Positions 48,585 to 57,866 of a DNA stretch of 64,000 bases are shown here, one piece after another (position 1 is the first letter of the stretch; each line of letters opens with the position of its first letter). Location of the stretch: positions 12,142 to 76,141 of the IMG/VR virus record IMGVR_UViG_3300046028_006182. One strand, written 5' to 3'. This DNA is from a virus. The position numbers and the translations under genes were made by a program. The notes beneath the pieces are model-generated. The model saw only the letters and a program-made list of their open reading frames with translations, was not told the origin of the DNA and did not search any database.

Positions 48585-48744
48585 GGCAATAGGAGCAATA
48601 CTTCTAGTAAATCTATTTGCTATAGTGATTGTTTTCCCTGTAATTAGCAATATATCTGCTTGGTGGCAGTCTAAATATGCCCCCAGGCAATGGGAGAAGA
48701 AAGGAAAGCATTGGAATATTAAAAACAAGTACCTAAAACAATAA
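48556..48744 (+). CDS. Small single-TM protein
   Basis: Hydrophobic helix plus basic tail. Confidence 0.45.
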   Translation: MGMEPFTLIEAIGAILLVNLFAIVIVFPVISNISAWWQSKYAPRQWEKKGKHWNIKNKYLKQ

Positions 48745-48749
48745 TCACT

Positions 48750-49229
48750 ATGAGAATGTCAGCAACAACCACAAAACCCCTAGACCAATACCTAGGCTAC
48801 AGGGTAAGACAAATTATCACGGGCCCTAACAAAGGGCTCTATCAACTTTATGCGGGTAAAAACCCCAAAGGCTCTACTTTCTTTACAATTGCCGGAGCCC
48901 GAGAGTATGCGAAAAGCTTAACTCCATCCGGCAAGAAGAAGCAGTTCTCTGGTTTTAGGGATGGCGATATCGTTAATAGGATAGAGCGAGCAGCAAGGAT
49001 GAAACATTATAATGAGCTATCTCTTGCCCAAAAGCAAGCAGAGGAAGCTAGGGATATCTCAATGAGACCCCGTACACGACCAAGCATAGCTGATACAATG
49101 CAGGCTGTTGAGAAAGCCGGGAAAGTAAAAGCTCCTTTTGACGGGATGAAAAACAACGCCCGTAAGCAATTCATTGAACGTACCGCCTCAAAAAGGAAGG
49201 GTATTTCTGATAACAAGAGAACTAAGTAA
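48750..49229 (+). CDS. Basic hypothetical protein
   Basis: 159 aa ORF. Confidence 0.55.
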   Translation: MRMSATTTKPLDQYLGYRVRQIITGPNKGLYQLYAGKNPKGSTFFTIAGAREYAKSLTPSGKKKQFSGFRDGDIVNRIERAARMKHYNELSLAQKQAEEARDISMRPRTRPSIADTMQAVEKAGKVKAPFDGMKNNARKQFIERTASKRKGISDNKRTK

Positions 49230-49247
49230 ACTCGAGGGACAAAAGCT

Positions 49248-49679
49248 ATGAGGGAGTTGAAAGTAAAGAACCGGGAAACTGGAGAGGTAAAGAGCTTTAG
49301 TCCTAGAGCATTTAGCTTATTTTCGGACACTAAGACCAAAGATGGGGTAGACTTATACGAGGGAGATATAGTCAGAATATCGACTATAGACTCCCTTGTT
49401 GAGTCTTTTAATAGGGACATAAGGACTATTGAAAAGATTACTGAGCCTACCCTTGCTCAGCAAAAAAGGCTAGAGAGGCTAAATAGGATTTTGAAGGCTA
49501 TAGAATATGTGAGTGGTAGTACTAACTCGGCATCACTAGTTTGTCAGATAGGCTATAACACGTATAGCTGCAGGTTCTCACTCTACATATTAGAGCCTGA
49601 CCGATGGGGAGTATCACCCTTTGTATGTGACCTTACCCAAAGCAATGTAGAGCTATTTAATATTATAGCCTATAAATAG
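49248..49679 (+). CDS. YopX-like protein
   Basis: MRELK, KDGVDLYEGDIV. Confidence 0.6.
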   Translation: MRELKVKNRETGEVKSFSPRAFSLFSDTKTKDGVDLYEGDIVRISTIDSLVESFNRDIRTIEKITEPTLAQQKRLERLNRILKAIEYVSGSTNSASLVCQIGYNTYSCRFSLYILEPDRWGVSPFVCDLTQSNVELFNIIAYK

Positions 49680-49686
49680 CCTTGCA

Positions 49687-49758
49687 ATTTAGAGTTGACA
49701 ATGGGTAAATTAGTTTGTATCTTTGTTTTATTAGTTAATTAGTCAAAACGAACGAAAG
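49687..49758 (+). promoter_or_regulatory. Early promoter repeat 1
   Basis: TTGACA-N17-TATCTTTG-TTTTATTAGTTAAT...AAAACGAACGAA-ATG. Confidence 0.85.
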
Positions 49759-50352
49759 ATGGCTTACAACAAGATGGACCCCAAATACTTCCACTTCTAT
49801 GCTCTAATGATGGACCTAGCTGACGAGGCTATTGTATTCATCGCAATCTCCGATGCCCCAGCTAAGTTACAGGAGAAGTTGAATGAGCGTATAGAATTTC
49901 TAATCCAGACCGCTAGGAAATTACATGATGACCTACAAAACTTCGGGGTAGATGTAATGAAGCCCCAAAGAAAAACCAAGCTTCTTTTTGAGAGGATGCT
50001 CAGCATATATATCCTAAGCCAAAATCTTAGTGGCAGCCGAAAGTGGGTTACCAAAAAGAAAAGCCGTTTAAGAAACTCCTACTCCGCTTTTGATAAAGCT
50101 CAGGTACTTACTGTGGACTCATTGGTAGAATTAGACCTAGAGGCTCGTATCACCTGCTTACTTGACTTCCTATATGCAGTACTAGATAAGCCCAAACTAT
50201 TTACTGAAGCAGGAGAGCCAATCATGGCAAATACCCACACTGCAAGGGGCTGTTGGGAAATGCTAGAGTTTATCGATATCCCCATGCCATCCTTTGAGAG
50301 CTATACTGAACTATCCCAGCAAAATACATTGAACCTAGTAAACTTGAACTAA
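49759..50352 (+). CDS. Hypothetical early protein
   Basis: ATG directly after promoter repeat. Confidence 0.6.
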   Translation: MAYNKMDPKYFHFYALMMDLADEAIVFIAISDAPAKLQEKLNERIEFLIQTARKLHDDLQNFGVDVMKPQRKTKLLFERMLSIYILSQNLSGSRKWVTKKKSRLRNSYSAFDKAQVLTVDSLVELDLEARITCLLDFLYAVLDKPKLFTEAGEPIMANTHTARGCWEMLEFIDIPMPSFESYTELSQQNTLNLVNLN

Positions 50353-50927
50353 TGAACATATTCTACTTGTCAAAAGACCCAAGGAAATGCGCTAGGTATC
50401 ATGTGGATAAGCACGTAGTGAAGATGATAGTTGAAACAGCCCAGTTGCTGAGTACGGCATTAGTTAAGAACGGTTACCGCTCTATTCAATCACCCGACAC
50501 ACCTATCTATAAGCCTACCCATCCAAATCACCCCAGTAATATATGGGCTAGGGCCAGCCAAGCTAATTTTGAATGGCTACATGACCTAGGTATAGAGCTA
50601 TGTAAAGAGTATGAGTTTCGATATAAAAGGGAGCATAAAACCAAAGCTACATTAGGTAACATCCTATTTGTGTACACTGTACTTGAGGCTAAGAAATCCT
50701 TTAGTACAGATAGTTTTACTCCCCCACCTGCGGTAATGCCCAATGAATTTATAATTGAGGGTAGGTCTATCGCCAGCTATCGGAACTACTACTCAAATGA
50801 CAAATTCCGATTACTTAGGTACTCGGGTAGAAACTTTAAATTTCCGGGGGGTATGCTAGGCAACTATCCCCCCTTTGTTGACAAGTACCATAGACCTGAA
50901 CCAGGCGCATGGCTACCTAATAAATAG
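50352..50927 (+). CDS. Pyrimidine-dimer DNA glycosylase/DenV-like family protein
   Basis: MNIF.L..DP..CA.YH.DKHVVKMIVE.AQLLST, YKPTH.NHP..W. Confidence 0.85.
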   Translation: MNIFYLSKDPRKCARYHVDKHVVKMIVETAQLLSTALVKNGYRSIQSPDTPIYKPTHPNHPSNIWARASQANFEWLHDLGIELCKEYEFRYKREHKTKATLGNILFVYTVLEAKKSFSTDSFTPPPAVMPNEFIIEGRSIASYRNYYSNDKFRLLRYSGRNFKFPGGMLGNYPPFVDKYHRPEPGAWLPNK

Positions 50928-50989
50928 CCTTTGATTTTAGGGTTGTTTGTTTCAATTTCAATTTGTATCTTTGTCTTATTAGTTAATCA
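50921..50989 (+). promoter_or_regulatory. Early promoter repeat 2
   Basis: TTGTTT-N17-TATCTTTG-TCTTATTAGTTAAT. Confidence 0.85.
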
Positions 50990-51008
50990 TTATAAACCGA
51001 TTAAAAAC

Positions 51009-51404
51009 ATGAGAGCATCAACAACACCCGCTACCCAAACCAAAAGGTTGAACCCCCATACTAAGGGCTCAATGGAATTTACCGAAGCTGAGGGTTACTT
51101 CACCCCTCGACAAATTGCCTTTATACAGGAGGCTAAAAAGACCCTTCGAGATTTAGCTCACCCGATGAGGTCAGCGATGATTGAAACCATCAATAAATCC
51201 GGCAAGGAAGGCATCACAGTGGGTGAGCTTCAGCACACCCTAAAGATTGAGCAATCTGTTACCTCGGCCCATCTGAAAGAGTTACGTTCCTCGGGTATTG
51301 CTCGAGTAAAAAGGGAGGGTAAATTCCGAGTATACACGATTGACCATGACGTGCTAAACCAAATCATGGACAACGCGGAAATCATTGCAAGGGTAGCTCA
51401 ATAA
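51009..51404 (+). CDS. ArsR-family HTH regulator
   Basis: LAHPMR...TVGEL...IEQSVTSAHLKELRSSGI...REGKFRVY; start corrected to ATG 51009. Confidence 0.88.
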   Translation: MRASTTPATQTKRLNPHTKGSMEFTEAEGYFTPRQIAFIQEAKKTLRDLAHPMRSAMIETINKSGKEGITVGELQHTLKIEQSVTSAHLKELRSSGIARVKREGKFRVYTIDHDVLNQIMDNAEIIARVAQ

Positions 51405-51410
51405 CGGGTT

Positions 51411-51740
51411 ATGCCGAGGAAGAGATACCTACTTACAGCTGGTTTCCTCTTGGGTACTTACTGGCTGGGTACATTGGAAGTTGAGCCCATAAAGCCCATA
51501 CCTACCGATGATACTCGGCCAGTAATGGACACCTCTAGAAGACTAGTAGACTATGACTGGGAGAAAGACCGGTATATTTATGAGGGTGACTATGACTCAT
51601 TAAGAAAGCACCCCTTTAGAAGTACCTTTATTTCTATACAGGAGTACGATGCTATACCTAATAGAATAAACCCTAGCCTAGAGCCCGGTTTTAAAGAGCC
51701 CGGTTATTATATTGACCTCGATAATATCGAAAACCCATGA
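51411..51740 (+). CDS. Hypothetical protein with N-terminal hydrophobic anchor
   Basis: MPRKRYLLTAGFLLGTYWLG. Confidence 0.5.
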   Translation: MPRKRYLLTAGFLLGTYWLGTLEVEPIKPIPTDDTRPVMDTSRRLVDYDWEKDRYIYEGDYDSLRKHPFRSTFISIQEYDAIPNRINPSLEPGFKEPGYYIDLDNIENP

Positions 51741-52090
51741 CCACAGATAATAAACATTACGAAGCTCGCAAATACTTCTTGGCTGACCTGTGTAGAATGC
51801 TCGGAATAAACACCGCCCATGACTATGATGGTATCGAGTCCGAGGAGGATATAGTAATCTATGAAAGGGTTACCCGAAATAAAATACAAAAGCTAGTGGA
51901 TGAAGCTAGTAAATCGAATATGCCGAGCCCGGGGGACTACTCCCGACTAACACTAGCAGACCATGAGATGATAGACGATTACCACACCCTGGGTATGCCT
52001 ACAGATGAGATAGTCATTGAGATGGAGGCTGAATACATCACATCAACGGAGGTGGAGCGGTCTCTTAAAGAGTGGGGTAGAAACCGTTAA
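51737..52090 (+). CDS. Hypothetical acidic protein
   Basis: ATGA-coupled ORF. Confidence 0.55.
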   Translation: MTTDNKHYEARKYFLADLCRMLGINTAHDYDGIESEEDIVIYERVTRNKIQKLVDEASKSNMPSPGDYSRLTLADHEMIDDYHTLGMPTDEIVIEMEAEYITSTEVERSLKEWGRNR

Positions 52091-52121
52091 CCTTAACTAC
52101 ACCCTAAAATAAAGGCCTTTA

Positions 52122-52180
52122 AATTTAGGGTTGCACAGTATTAATTCATTTTGTATCTTTGTCTTATTAGTTAATCATTA
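52122..52180 (+). promoter_or_regulatory. Early promoter repeat 3
   Basis: TTGCAC-N17-TATCTTTG-TCTTATTAGTTAAT. Confidence 0.85.
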
Positions 52181-52204
52181 TAAACTTAATCAAAAGTAAA
52201 CGCC

Positions 52205-52615
52205 ATGAAAAGCAACCCAAGTACCAAAGGTAATAACCCTGCTAAAGACGCAGCTACTACCGAAACCAAAAAAGTTGGTAAAGTAAAAACCAACCCATCT
52301 ACCCCGAAAGCTGATGCTCCAGCCGATGTAAAAGCGAAAAGCGCTGACGAGGTGAAGAAAAAGATTACCGCAGAAAAAGACCTTCTGTACCTTTACCCCG
52401 AGTCAGTTAATACTTTGGAAAAGCGCAAGACTTACCGCCGAGGTATACGTACCAAAATCCACTCTCTTGCAAAGCAGCTTGTAAAAGCTGAGGGCAAAGA
52501 GAAGAAGGAGCTCATCAAGGAGGTAAACGAATTTGCCAAAGAGCACTACACCAAAGAGGGTATTGCTAAAAATGTTACGCCCCTGCTTGCTTCTACCGCC
52601 GACTCTAAGAAGTAA
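52205..52615 (+). CDS. Lys-rich protein with YP...K.YR motif
   Basis: YLYPESVNTLEKRKTYRRGIRTK. Confidence 0.65.
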   Translation: MKSNPSTKGNNPAKDAATTETKKVGKVKTNPSTPKADAPADVKAKSADEVKKKITAEKDLLYLYPESVNTLEKRKTYRRGIRTKIHSLAKQLVKAEGKEKKELIKEVNEFAKEHYTKEGIAKNVTPLLASTADSKK

Positions 52616-52628
52616 GCGGGAGCGAGGA

Positions 52629-52674
52629 TTAGGACTGGGCATAGGGAAAGAAGCCGCCCAGTCCTAACCTTTTT
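52629..52674 (+). terminator. Intrinsic terminator
   Basis: TTAGGACTGGGC/GCCCAGTCCTAA plus T tract. Confidence 0.75.
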
Positions 52675-52699
52675 ATTCACTTTCAAAAACGCGAACGAC

Positions 52700-53455
52700 A
52701 TGACCGTTGATAAGTCAGAAAAAATCCGGGGTAAGATAAAAGCCCTACTAGCAAAACAGCTGAGCGCTGAGAAGCTCGGTGAACTATCCGAAGCTCAGAA
52801 ATGCGCTAACCTTATATCTCGATTAACCCTCGAGTACAACATCTCTCTTGACGAAACCTTTGAGCAGTCTAATACCACGGGTGAGAGAGCCTACCATATA
52901 CACAAGAAAGTTATCCCTACTGCGGAAGTAGAAAGACGGCACGAGTCCGACTGGGTAAGGTCCCTATACATGGTACTTGCTAAAGCTAACTATTGCAGAA
53001 CCCTGCTAGTTATCTCTAGGGGGGGTGACCGAATAGAAATACTCGGGGAAGAGCACAATATCGAGACTGTAGATGCCCTTTGCCGAGTACTGATGGAACA
53101 GCTCAGAGGATTATCTCTATCTGAATTTACCAAGTACCAGGGGCCCGAGAAAAGAAATACCTACCGAAGAGGCTTCCTACGGGGAGCGGTAAACGGTATC
53201 CGGGAACAACTTGAAGCCCAGGCAAAAGAACAAGAGACCAAGGGAGTACAGCTAGAAGATGGTAAATTCCTTCCAGCTCTAGTTATTACCACCAGCAAAG
53301 AGGCTATTACTACAGCTATTAACGAATTTGCTAGAAACGAATACAAAGGCTTTGCTTCTAAGTCCTCTGCCCGACAGGGTTTGAGTGGAGTAGGAGGTGC
53401 TGCTCGAGGACGGGAAGTAGGACGTAATATCAACCTCGGAAAAGGCATCAACTAA
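52700..53455 (+). CDS. DUF2786-like protein
   Basis: KIKALLA.....SEA......L..EYNI; RRGFLRG; GAARGREVG. Confidence 0.75.
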   Translation: MTVDKSEKIRGKIKALLAKQLSAEKLGELSEAQKCANLISRLTLEYNISLDETFEQSNTTGERAYHIHKKVIPTAEVERRHESDWVRSLYMVLAKANYCRTLLVISRGGDRIEILGEEHNIETVDALCRVLMEQLRGLSLSEFTKYQGPEKRNTYRRGFLRGAVNGIREQLEAQAKEQETKGVQLEDGKFLPALVITTSKEAITTAINEFARNEYKGFASKSSARQGLSGVGGAARGREVGRNINLGKGIN

Positions 53456-53802
53456 TGGGCACCACTGAGTACTATATGAAAGCTCCTTGTAAGGAATGCC
53501 CGTTTAGGGTAGATGTATATCCTTACTTAACGCCCGAGAGAGGCGAGGAGCTAGCAAGCTCAGCAACTAATAAGTATAACTCCTTCCCTTGCCATAAGAC
53601 AACCGAAAATATAGATATTGAGGATGGCTTTGGGCGGACTGTTACTCAAAACTCAAAAGTATGTGCTGGGTTCTTAACCTTGCAGTATAATGAGACCGGC
53701 TGCTCATTACCCGATGGGTTTACACCGTCTAACTTGATTTACTCCGACTCTTTTGAAATGATACAGGTATATGAAAATCCCGAAGAATATGGCCCAAGTT
53801 AG
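53455..53802 (+). CDS. Cys-rich protein (DUF6283-like)
   Basis: PCKECPFR...FPCHKT...CAG. Confidence 0.65.
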   Translation: MGTTEYYMKAPCKECPFRVDVYPYLTPERGEELASSATNKYNSFPCHKTTENIDIEDGFGRTVTQNSKVCAGFLTLQYNETGCSLPDGFTPSNLIYSDSFEMIQVYENPEEYGPS

Positions 53803-54139
53803 AGCACACCTATTAGGATATAGCCTTGAGTATCAATACTACCCACACGTAAGTAAAGAACGTGGGCCCTATATTCTTATAACTATCCCAATGCTACGTA
53901 TCTCTATACGGGGTAAGCTACACAAGGAGGGTAAGCTATATGTATGCAAGGAAACCAAGTTGGGGGATATTGAAATACCCCGAGAAGTGGTTAAATATTG
54001 CATATCTCAAGTAAACGAAAATCAAGCAAATCATATACTTTTACCTAAGCGTATCTTAGATAAACTAGAGAAGACATGGGCAAAGAAAAAACTACACCGA
54101 AATCAATCAGAGAGGAGCAAACGGAAGCGCAGGAAATAA
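53771..54139 (+). CDS. Hypothetical basic protein
   Basis: Coupled ORF. Confidence 0.5.
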   Translation: MKIPKNMAQVRAHLLGYSLEYQYYPHVSKERGPYILITIPMLRISIRGKLHKEGKLYVCKETKLGDIEIPREVVKYCISQVNENQANHILLPKRILDKLEKTWAKKKLHRNQSERSKRKRRK

Positions 54140-54459
54140 ACGCAAGGCTCCTAAAGCGAGCTGTAAAGCTAGAGGTAGAGCATTTTATGAGCTTTATCCC
54201 CAGAGGAGGCCTTTATGACCTTGACGAGGTATATAGGGGTAAGCTAAAGCTAGTTCTAATCTACTTAGCCGTAAAGATGACCTATGACGAGGATGTTTCT
54301 CCAAGATACCTACGTACACTTATTGAACTATACGCCAGGGGTGTCTGGCACCGGGTTGTAAAGGCTACTATGGGCCCTACTCTGATGGAGTCATCTTCTT
54401 TATTACTTCCCTATATAGCCCAGTTCTATGGGTATGTTAAAGGGCGACAACAAAATTAA
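54076..54459 (+). CDS. Hypothetical protein
   Basis: Coupled ORF. Confidence 0.5.
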   Translation: MGKEKTTPKSIREEQTEAQEINARLLKRAVKLEVEHFMSFIPRGGLYDLDEVYRGKLKLVLIYLAVKMTYDEDVSPRYLRTLIELYARGVWHRVVKATMGPTLMESSSLLLPYIAQFYGYVKGRQQN

Positions 54460-54477
54460 AACATAAAAACCTAAACC

Positions 54478-54858
54478 ATGGCACTAGAGCTAGTAACTAT
54501 TACCAAGGAGCATATCCAAAAAATTGCTCGATATATCTACTTTCCCGACACTACTGATGAGGCTAAGACCTTTACAGTTGAAGAGCAAGAAAGAAACCTT
54601 AAATCTCTTGAGCACTGTACTTCGGTTTGGGTTAAGCTATTCGAAGTATTGCCTCTATCTACTAAGATAGCTATTCAGTACTCTAGGCATCCCGATGGTA
54701 AAGACTATATATTTATCATCCACACCAACTTAGTTCCCACTGACTACCCCATTGCAAATCAGTTTTTGGGCGAGATTGCCGATGAAGGCTCCGTAGATGG
54801 GCAATACTATGTGAGGGAATACATTACCTTCATGCTACATAGATTTGAACACGCATGA
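54478..54858 (+). CDS. Hypothetical protein, probable paralogue of 61047-61427
   Basis: ITKEHIQKIAR...W..L...LP..T.IA...S.HP.....I.I.T shared pattern. Confidence 0.6.
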   Translation: MALELVTITKEHIQKIARYIYFPDTTDEAKTFTVEEQERNLKSLEHCTSVWVKLFEVLPLSTKIAIQYSRHPDGKDYIFIIHTNLVPTDYPIANQFLGEIADEGSVDGQYYVREYITFMLHRFEHA

Positions 54859-55127
54859 GCCAGGACGAAATCAAAAAAGTAACTAGACTGACCCGACTAC
54901 ACGTTGATATCCTTGTAGCTGTTAGTATATTGCAGAACCATGTGCCTTACAAGCAATTCTGTAAAAACGCTCAACATAAAGTAGCGATAGATGAGCTTAT
55001 AGAACTAGGACATATCCACAAAACCTCATACCGAAAAACTGAGTGGTTGCAGATAGGTAGCCATGTAGTTACGAACTCCTATGATGGCTTTGTTAGAGGT
55101 ATACTATCATTTAAGCCCACTATATAG
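54855..55127 (+). CDS. Hypothetical protein
   Basis: ATGA-coupled ORF. Confidence 0.5.
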   Translation: MSQDEIKKVTRLTRLHVDILVAVSILQNHVPYKQFCKNAQHKVAIDELIELGHIHKTSYRKTEWLQIGSHVVTNSYDGFVRGILSFKPTI

Positions 55128-55134
55128 CCATCTA

Positions 55135-55190
55135 ATTTAGAGTTGTTTCATGGTAAATTAGTTTGTATCTTTGTTTTATTAGTTAATTAG
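55135..55190 (+). promoter_or_regulatory. Early promoter repeat 4
   Basis: TTGTTT-N17-TATCTTTG-TTTTATTAGTTAAT. Confidence 0.85.
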
Positions 55191-55205
55191 TATAAACCAA
55201 CTAAG

Positions 55206-55565
55206 ATGACACTATCAATCCCAACCCTAGTAGCTGTAATAGAAGATGCTACCCATTTAGAAGGGCTCTTTACTCCCCCTTCTGTAAGCCAGACTCCTTT
55301 AGATAACTTGGTAAGAAAGGCTGCCCAGCATGTTGCCAATCAACTCGGACCAGACGGTGACCGAGACGTGCTAGAACATTGGACACGAGTACTGGTGATG
55401 TCAGTAATTACCTCATTCGTAGACCGCGACATCGCTTCATTCATAGACCATAGCCCTGCATCCTTCATAGATGCCGAAAGAGAACTAAATAAATGGGATA
55501 TCACCTTTGAAGATGAAGAATGCCATCGAGTTCGCTTAACCTATATCGAGGACTATGGAAGCTAA
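55206..55565 (+). CDS. Hypothetical early protein
   Basis: Single gene between repeats 4 and 5. Confidence 0.6.
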   Translation: MTLSIPTLVAVIEDATHLEGLFTPPSVSQTPLDNLVRKAAQHVANQLGPDGDRDVLEHWTRVLVMSVITSFVDRDIASFIDHSPASFIDAERELNKWDITFEDEECHRVRLTYIEDYGS

Positions 55566-55571
55566 ACCCAA

Positions 55572-55656
55572 TAAATAGCCTTTGATTTTAGGGTTGTTTG
55601 TTTCAATTTCAATTTGTATCTTTGTTTTATTAGTTAATCAGTCAAAACGAACGAAA
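55572..55656 (+). promoter_or_regulatory. Early promoter repeat 5
   Basis: Near-identical to repeat 2 over ~68 bp, plus AAAACGAACGAA leader. Confidence 0.85.
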
Positions 55657-55938
55657 ATGCCCCTACCTTTAAAATTAACGCAAGAGTCCCGAGAGCGACT
55701 CCATAACCAAAGGATAAAATCCGTTGGAGAAGACTTTGTTTTACTTGAGGACGGTACACACTTGCAACTAGCCCAATGGGCAGTACACCAGGTGAATGAG
55801 TCCACCGAAAAGATTAAAAAGCCCTTCGTTAATCCCCAGCAGACTCCTCGAAACATATCCCGAGCTACCCTGCACTTGGATGACAAAACCGACCGCGATC
55901 CCGATTTCTATAGCCCTAAATCTAATAACCATGCCTAG
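55657..55938 (+). CDS. Hypothetical early protein
   Basis: Start corrected to ATG 55657 after the repeat. Confidence 0.55.
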   Translation: MPLPLKLTQESRERLHNQRIKSVGEDFVLLEDGTHLQLAQWAVHQVNESTEKIKKPFVNPQQTPRNISRATLHLDDKTDRDPDFYSPKSNNHA

Positions 55939-56704
55939 AGCAGCTAAAACTCCCCGCCACTCTAGGAAACAGATGGACGAAGCCATGCACAAGTATATAG
56001 TAATGGCAGAAGAGAGTGCCGTAATTGCATTTACTTTACAATTACCTATAACAACCCAAATAGGTTACACCAGTAAAACACTGGACATCGTTGACCTTGA
56101 TAACTTGCCGATGCCCCCTGCCAGGCTTTACGTTATACCCGCAAAAACCCAAGCTGAGTTTTGGGCTATCATTGCGGTGGACTCATTCTATACTTGGTGG
56201 AGTAAATACTCAAAGCTCTATCAAGAATGCCCCCGGGTATTATTTTACCTTAAGTCAGCCCGGTTTCACCCAGGGCTGGAGCATCTATCAGACCCGCTCG
56301 AGTCCGTAGTAGTTTACCTTATGAACCCCGATGACAATGAACTATGGGTTATTACCGATAAGCAACGAGCCCTAAGCTTCAAAAATTGGGATATAGAGAC
56401 CTCTACGAATTATCGGCTGGGTGAAGATATCCTTAAAGAGGAAATGGATAAATTACCCGACTCTGCCAAAGTTAAAGTACTATACCGTGCCCTGGACCGG
56501 ATGGATAACAAAAAAACAAAAGGCAAACTGGGCTGCTTACTTGAAGTACTTGGGTACCGAGAGCTACAAGATAGTCCCGGTTACTATGAGCCTATTCCTA
56601 AAGAAGAGTTTGTAGTAATACCCCACACAGAGAGGTACACTGCCGATTACCATGATGAGGATGACCGGGCCTCTGACAACATCCCTAACACTATAAGCCG
56701 ATAG
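55931..56704 (+). CDS. Hypothetical protein
   Basis: Start corrected to ATG 55931 (MPRAAK), coupled to the upstream stop. Confidence 0.55.
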   Translation: MPRAAKTPRHSRKQMDEAMHKYIVMAEESAVIAFTLQLPITTQIGYTSKTLDIVDLDNLPMPPARLYVIPAKTQAEFWAIIAVDSFYTWWSKYSKLYQECPRVLFYLKSARFHPGLEHLSDPLESVVVYLMNPDDNELWVITDKQRALSFKNWDIETSTNYRLGEDILKEEMDKLPDSAKVKVLYRALDRMDNKKTKGKLGCLLEVLGYRELQDSPGYYEPIPKEEFVVIPHTERYTADYHDEDDRASDNIPNTISR

Positions 56705-56705
56705 T

Positions 56706-57107
56706 ATGAACATAAGAGCTCAACAAATTCTACTGACAGCCATAGTAATGGCCGCTGCGATAATGGGTACTATTACTATAGCTAGCCTTATTATCTACTC
56801 AGCAGGTATAGTAGATAAGCCCCAAAGACCTCAATACGAGTTTATTGCAAGCCCAAATGATTACCAAGAGCTGGGCTTCCAAATGGACACTACTATCCGG
56901 GTATATGACCTTGATGAGTTAATCTATGAGGGTACTGATACTTTGGAAGCTATCGCTATATCTCTACACTCACTAGATACCTTACTAGGGGTAGCAGTGA
57001 TAAAGGGCGATTGTTTTCATATTGAAAAGGATGCTCAAGCATCACATGACTTGCTTTATAAAATGATACGAGGCGCAGAGTGTATTAATGCACTAGACCT
57101 CTATTAA
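56706..57107 (+). CDS. N-terminally membrane-anchored protein
   Basis: Long hydrophobic N-terminal helix. Confidence 0.55.
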   Translation: MNIRAQQILLTAIVMAAAIMGTITIASLIIYSAGIVDKPQRPQYEFIASPNDYQELGFQMDTTIRVYDLDELIYEGTDTLEAIAISLHSLDTLLGVAVIKGDCFHIEKDAQASHDLLYKMIRGAECINALDLY

Positions 57108-57140
57108 AACTATGCTCAAAAGAACTTTAACTCTATAACT

Positions 57141-57413
57141 ATGGCTCAGCATATTCATATACCCTTAGGTAAAGATGCCTTCCTAATAAACACAGGCGTA
57201 TCTAGTAACGGTATGCCTGCTATAAGTATTTGCATGAGAGCTGAGGAAGACCCCGTAGAAAACGGAATACTTAGACATAGCTCGATAGAAGCTGCCACTC
57301 AGTTTATAGATGACCGGGGGGCGCTTATAATAAGCGTGGGAAGTATGCAAGCACTAGAGGTATTAGAGGAATGTTTAAAAAGAATAAGAGCTCAGCTAGA
57401 GCTAAAACAATAA
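57141..57413 (+). CDS. Hypothetical protein
   Basis: 90 aa ORF before terminator. Confidence 0.5.
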   Translation: MAQHIHIPLGKDAFLINTGVSSNGMPAISICMRAEEDPVENGILRHSSIEAATQFIDDRGALIISVGSMQALEVLEECLKRIRAQLELKQ

Positions 57414-57443
57414 CTGGTTTCTTCGTTCGTTACCTGTGACTGG

Positions 57444-57480
57444 GTACCCGGTAGGACTCAAAACTCTACCGGGTACTTTT
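57444..57480 (+). terminator. Intrinsic terminator
   Basis: GTACCCGGTAG/CTACCGGGTAC plus T4. Confidence 0.85.
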
Positions 57481-57490
57481 ATTTAAACCC

Positions 57491-57579
57491 GAATTAAAGG
57501 CTTTATAATTTGAGGTTGTTTGTTTCAATTTCAATTTGTATCTTTGTTTTATTAGTTAATCAGTCAAAACGAACGAACG
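57491..57579 (+). promoter_or_regulatory. Early promoter repeat 6
   Basis: TTGTTT-N17-TATCTTTG...AAAACGAACGAACG-ATG. Confidence 0.85.
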
Positions 57580-57852
57580 ATGTCATCCTGGAACCAAAAA
57601 CCCTACGACTCTAAACTCCTTTCCCAGAAAGGCCCCTGCGACAATGTAGAACTTCTTGCCCATTACCGTAAGCTAATCTATGGAACCCTACATTTGAATG
57701 GGGCGGATTACGAAACCAAAAAGGTACTAATGCAAATCTTTGACCTTTACGTAACCAAAGATACTATACGCGAATACATCAACTATTCAGCCGAAGACCT
57801 TTGCAGGATGATGCTCACCGAAACTATGGTACCTAAAAACATCGGAAACTAA
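57580..57852 (+). CDS. Hypothetical early protein
   Basis: ATG directly after repeat. Confidence 0.6.
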   Translation: MSSWNQKPYDSKLLSQKGPCDNVELLAHYRKLIYGTLHLNGADYETKKVLMQIFDLYVTKDTIREYINYSAEDLCRMMLTETMVPKNIGN

Positions 57853-57866
57853 AAACCCTTTACTAT

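Noticed and set aside
50931-51008. Shared hydrophobic N-terminus MILGLFVSISICIFVLLVN on ORFs 50931 and 55582, resembling a common signal peptide
   Set aside because: It is the translation of the promoter repeat from a TTG; the real starts are ATG 51009 and 55657
55796-55930. N-terminal extension of the 302-aa ORF
   Set aside because: Overlaps 55657-55938; ATG 55931 gives normal coupling
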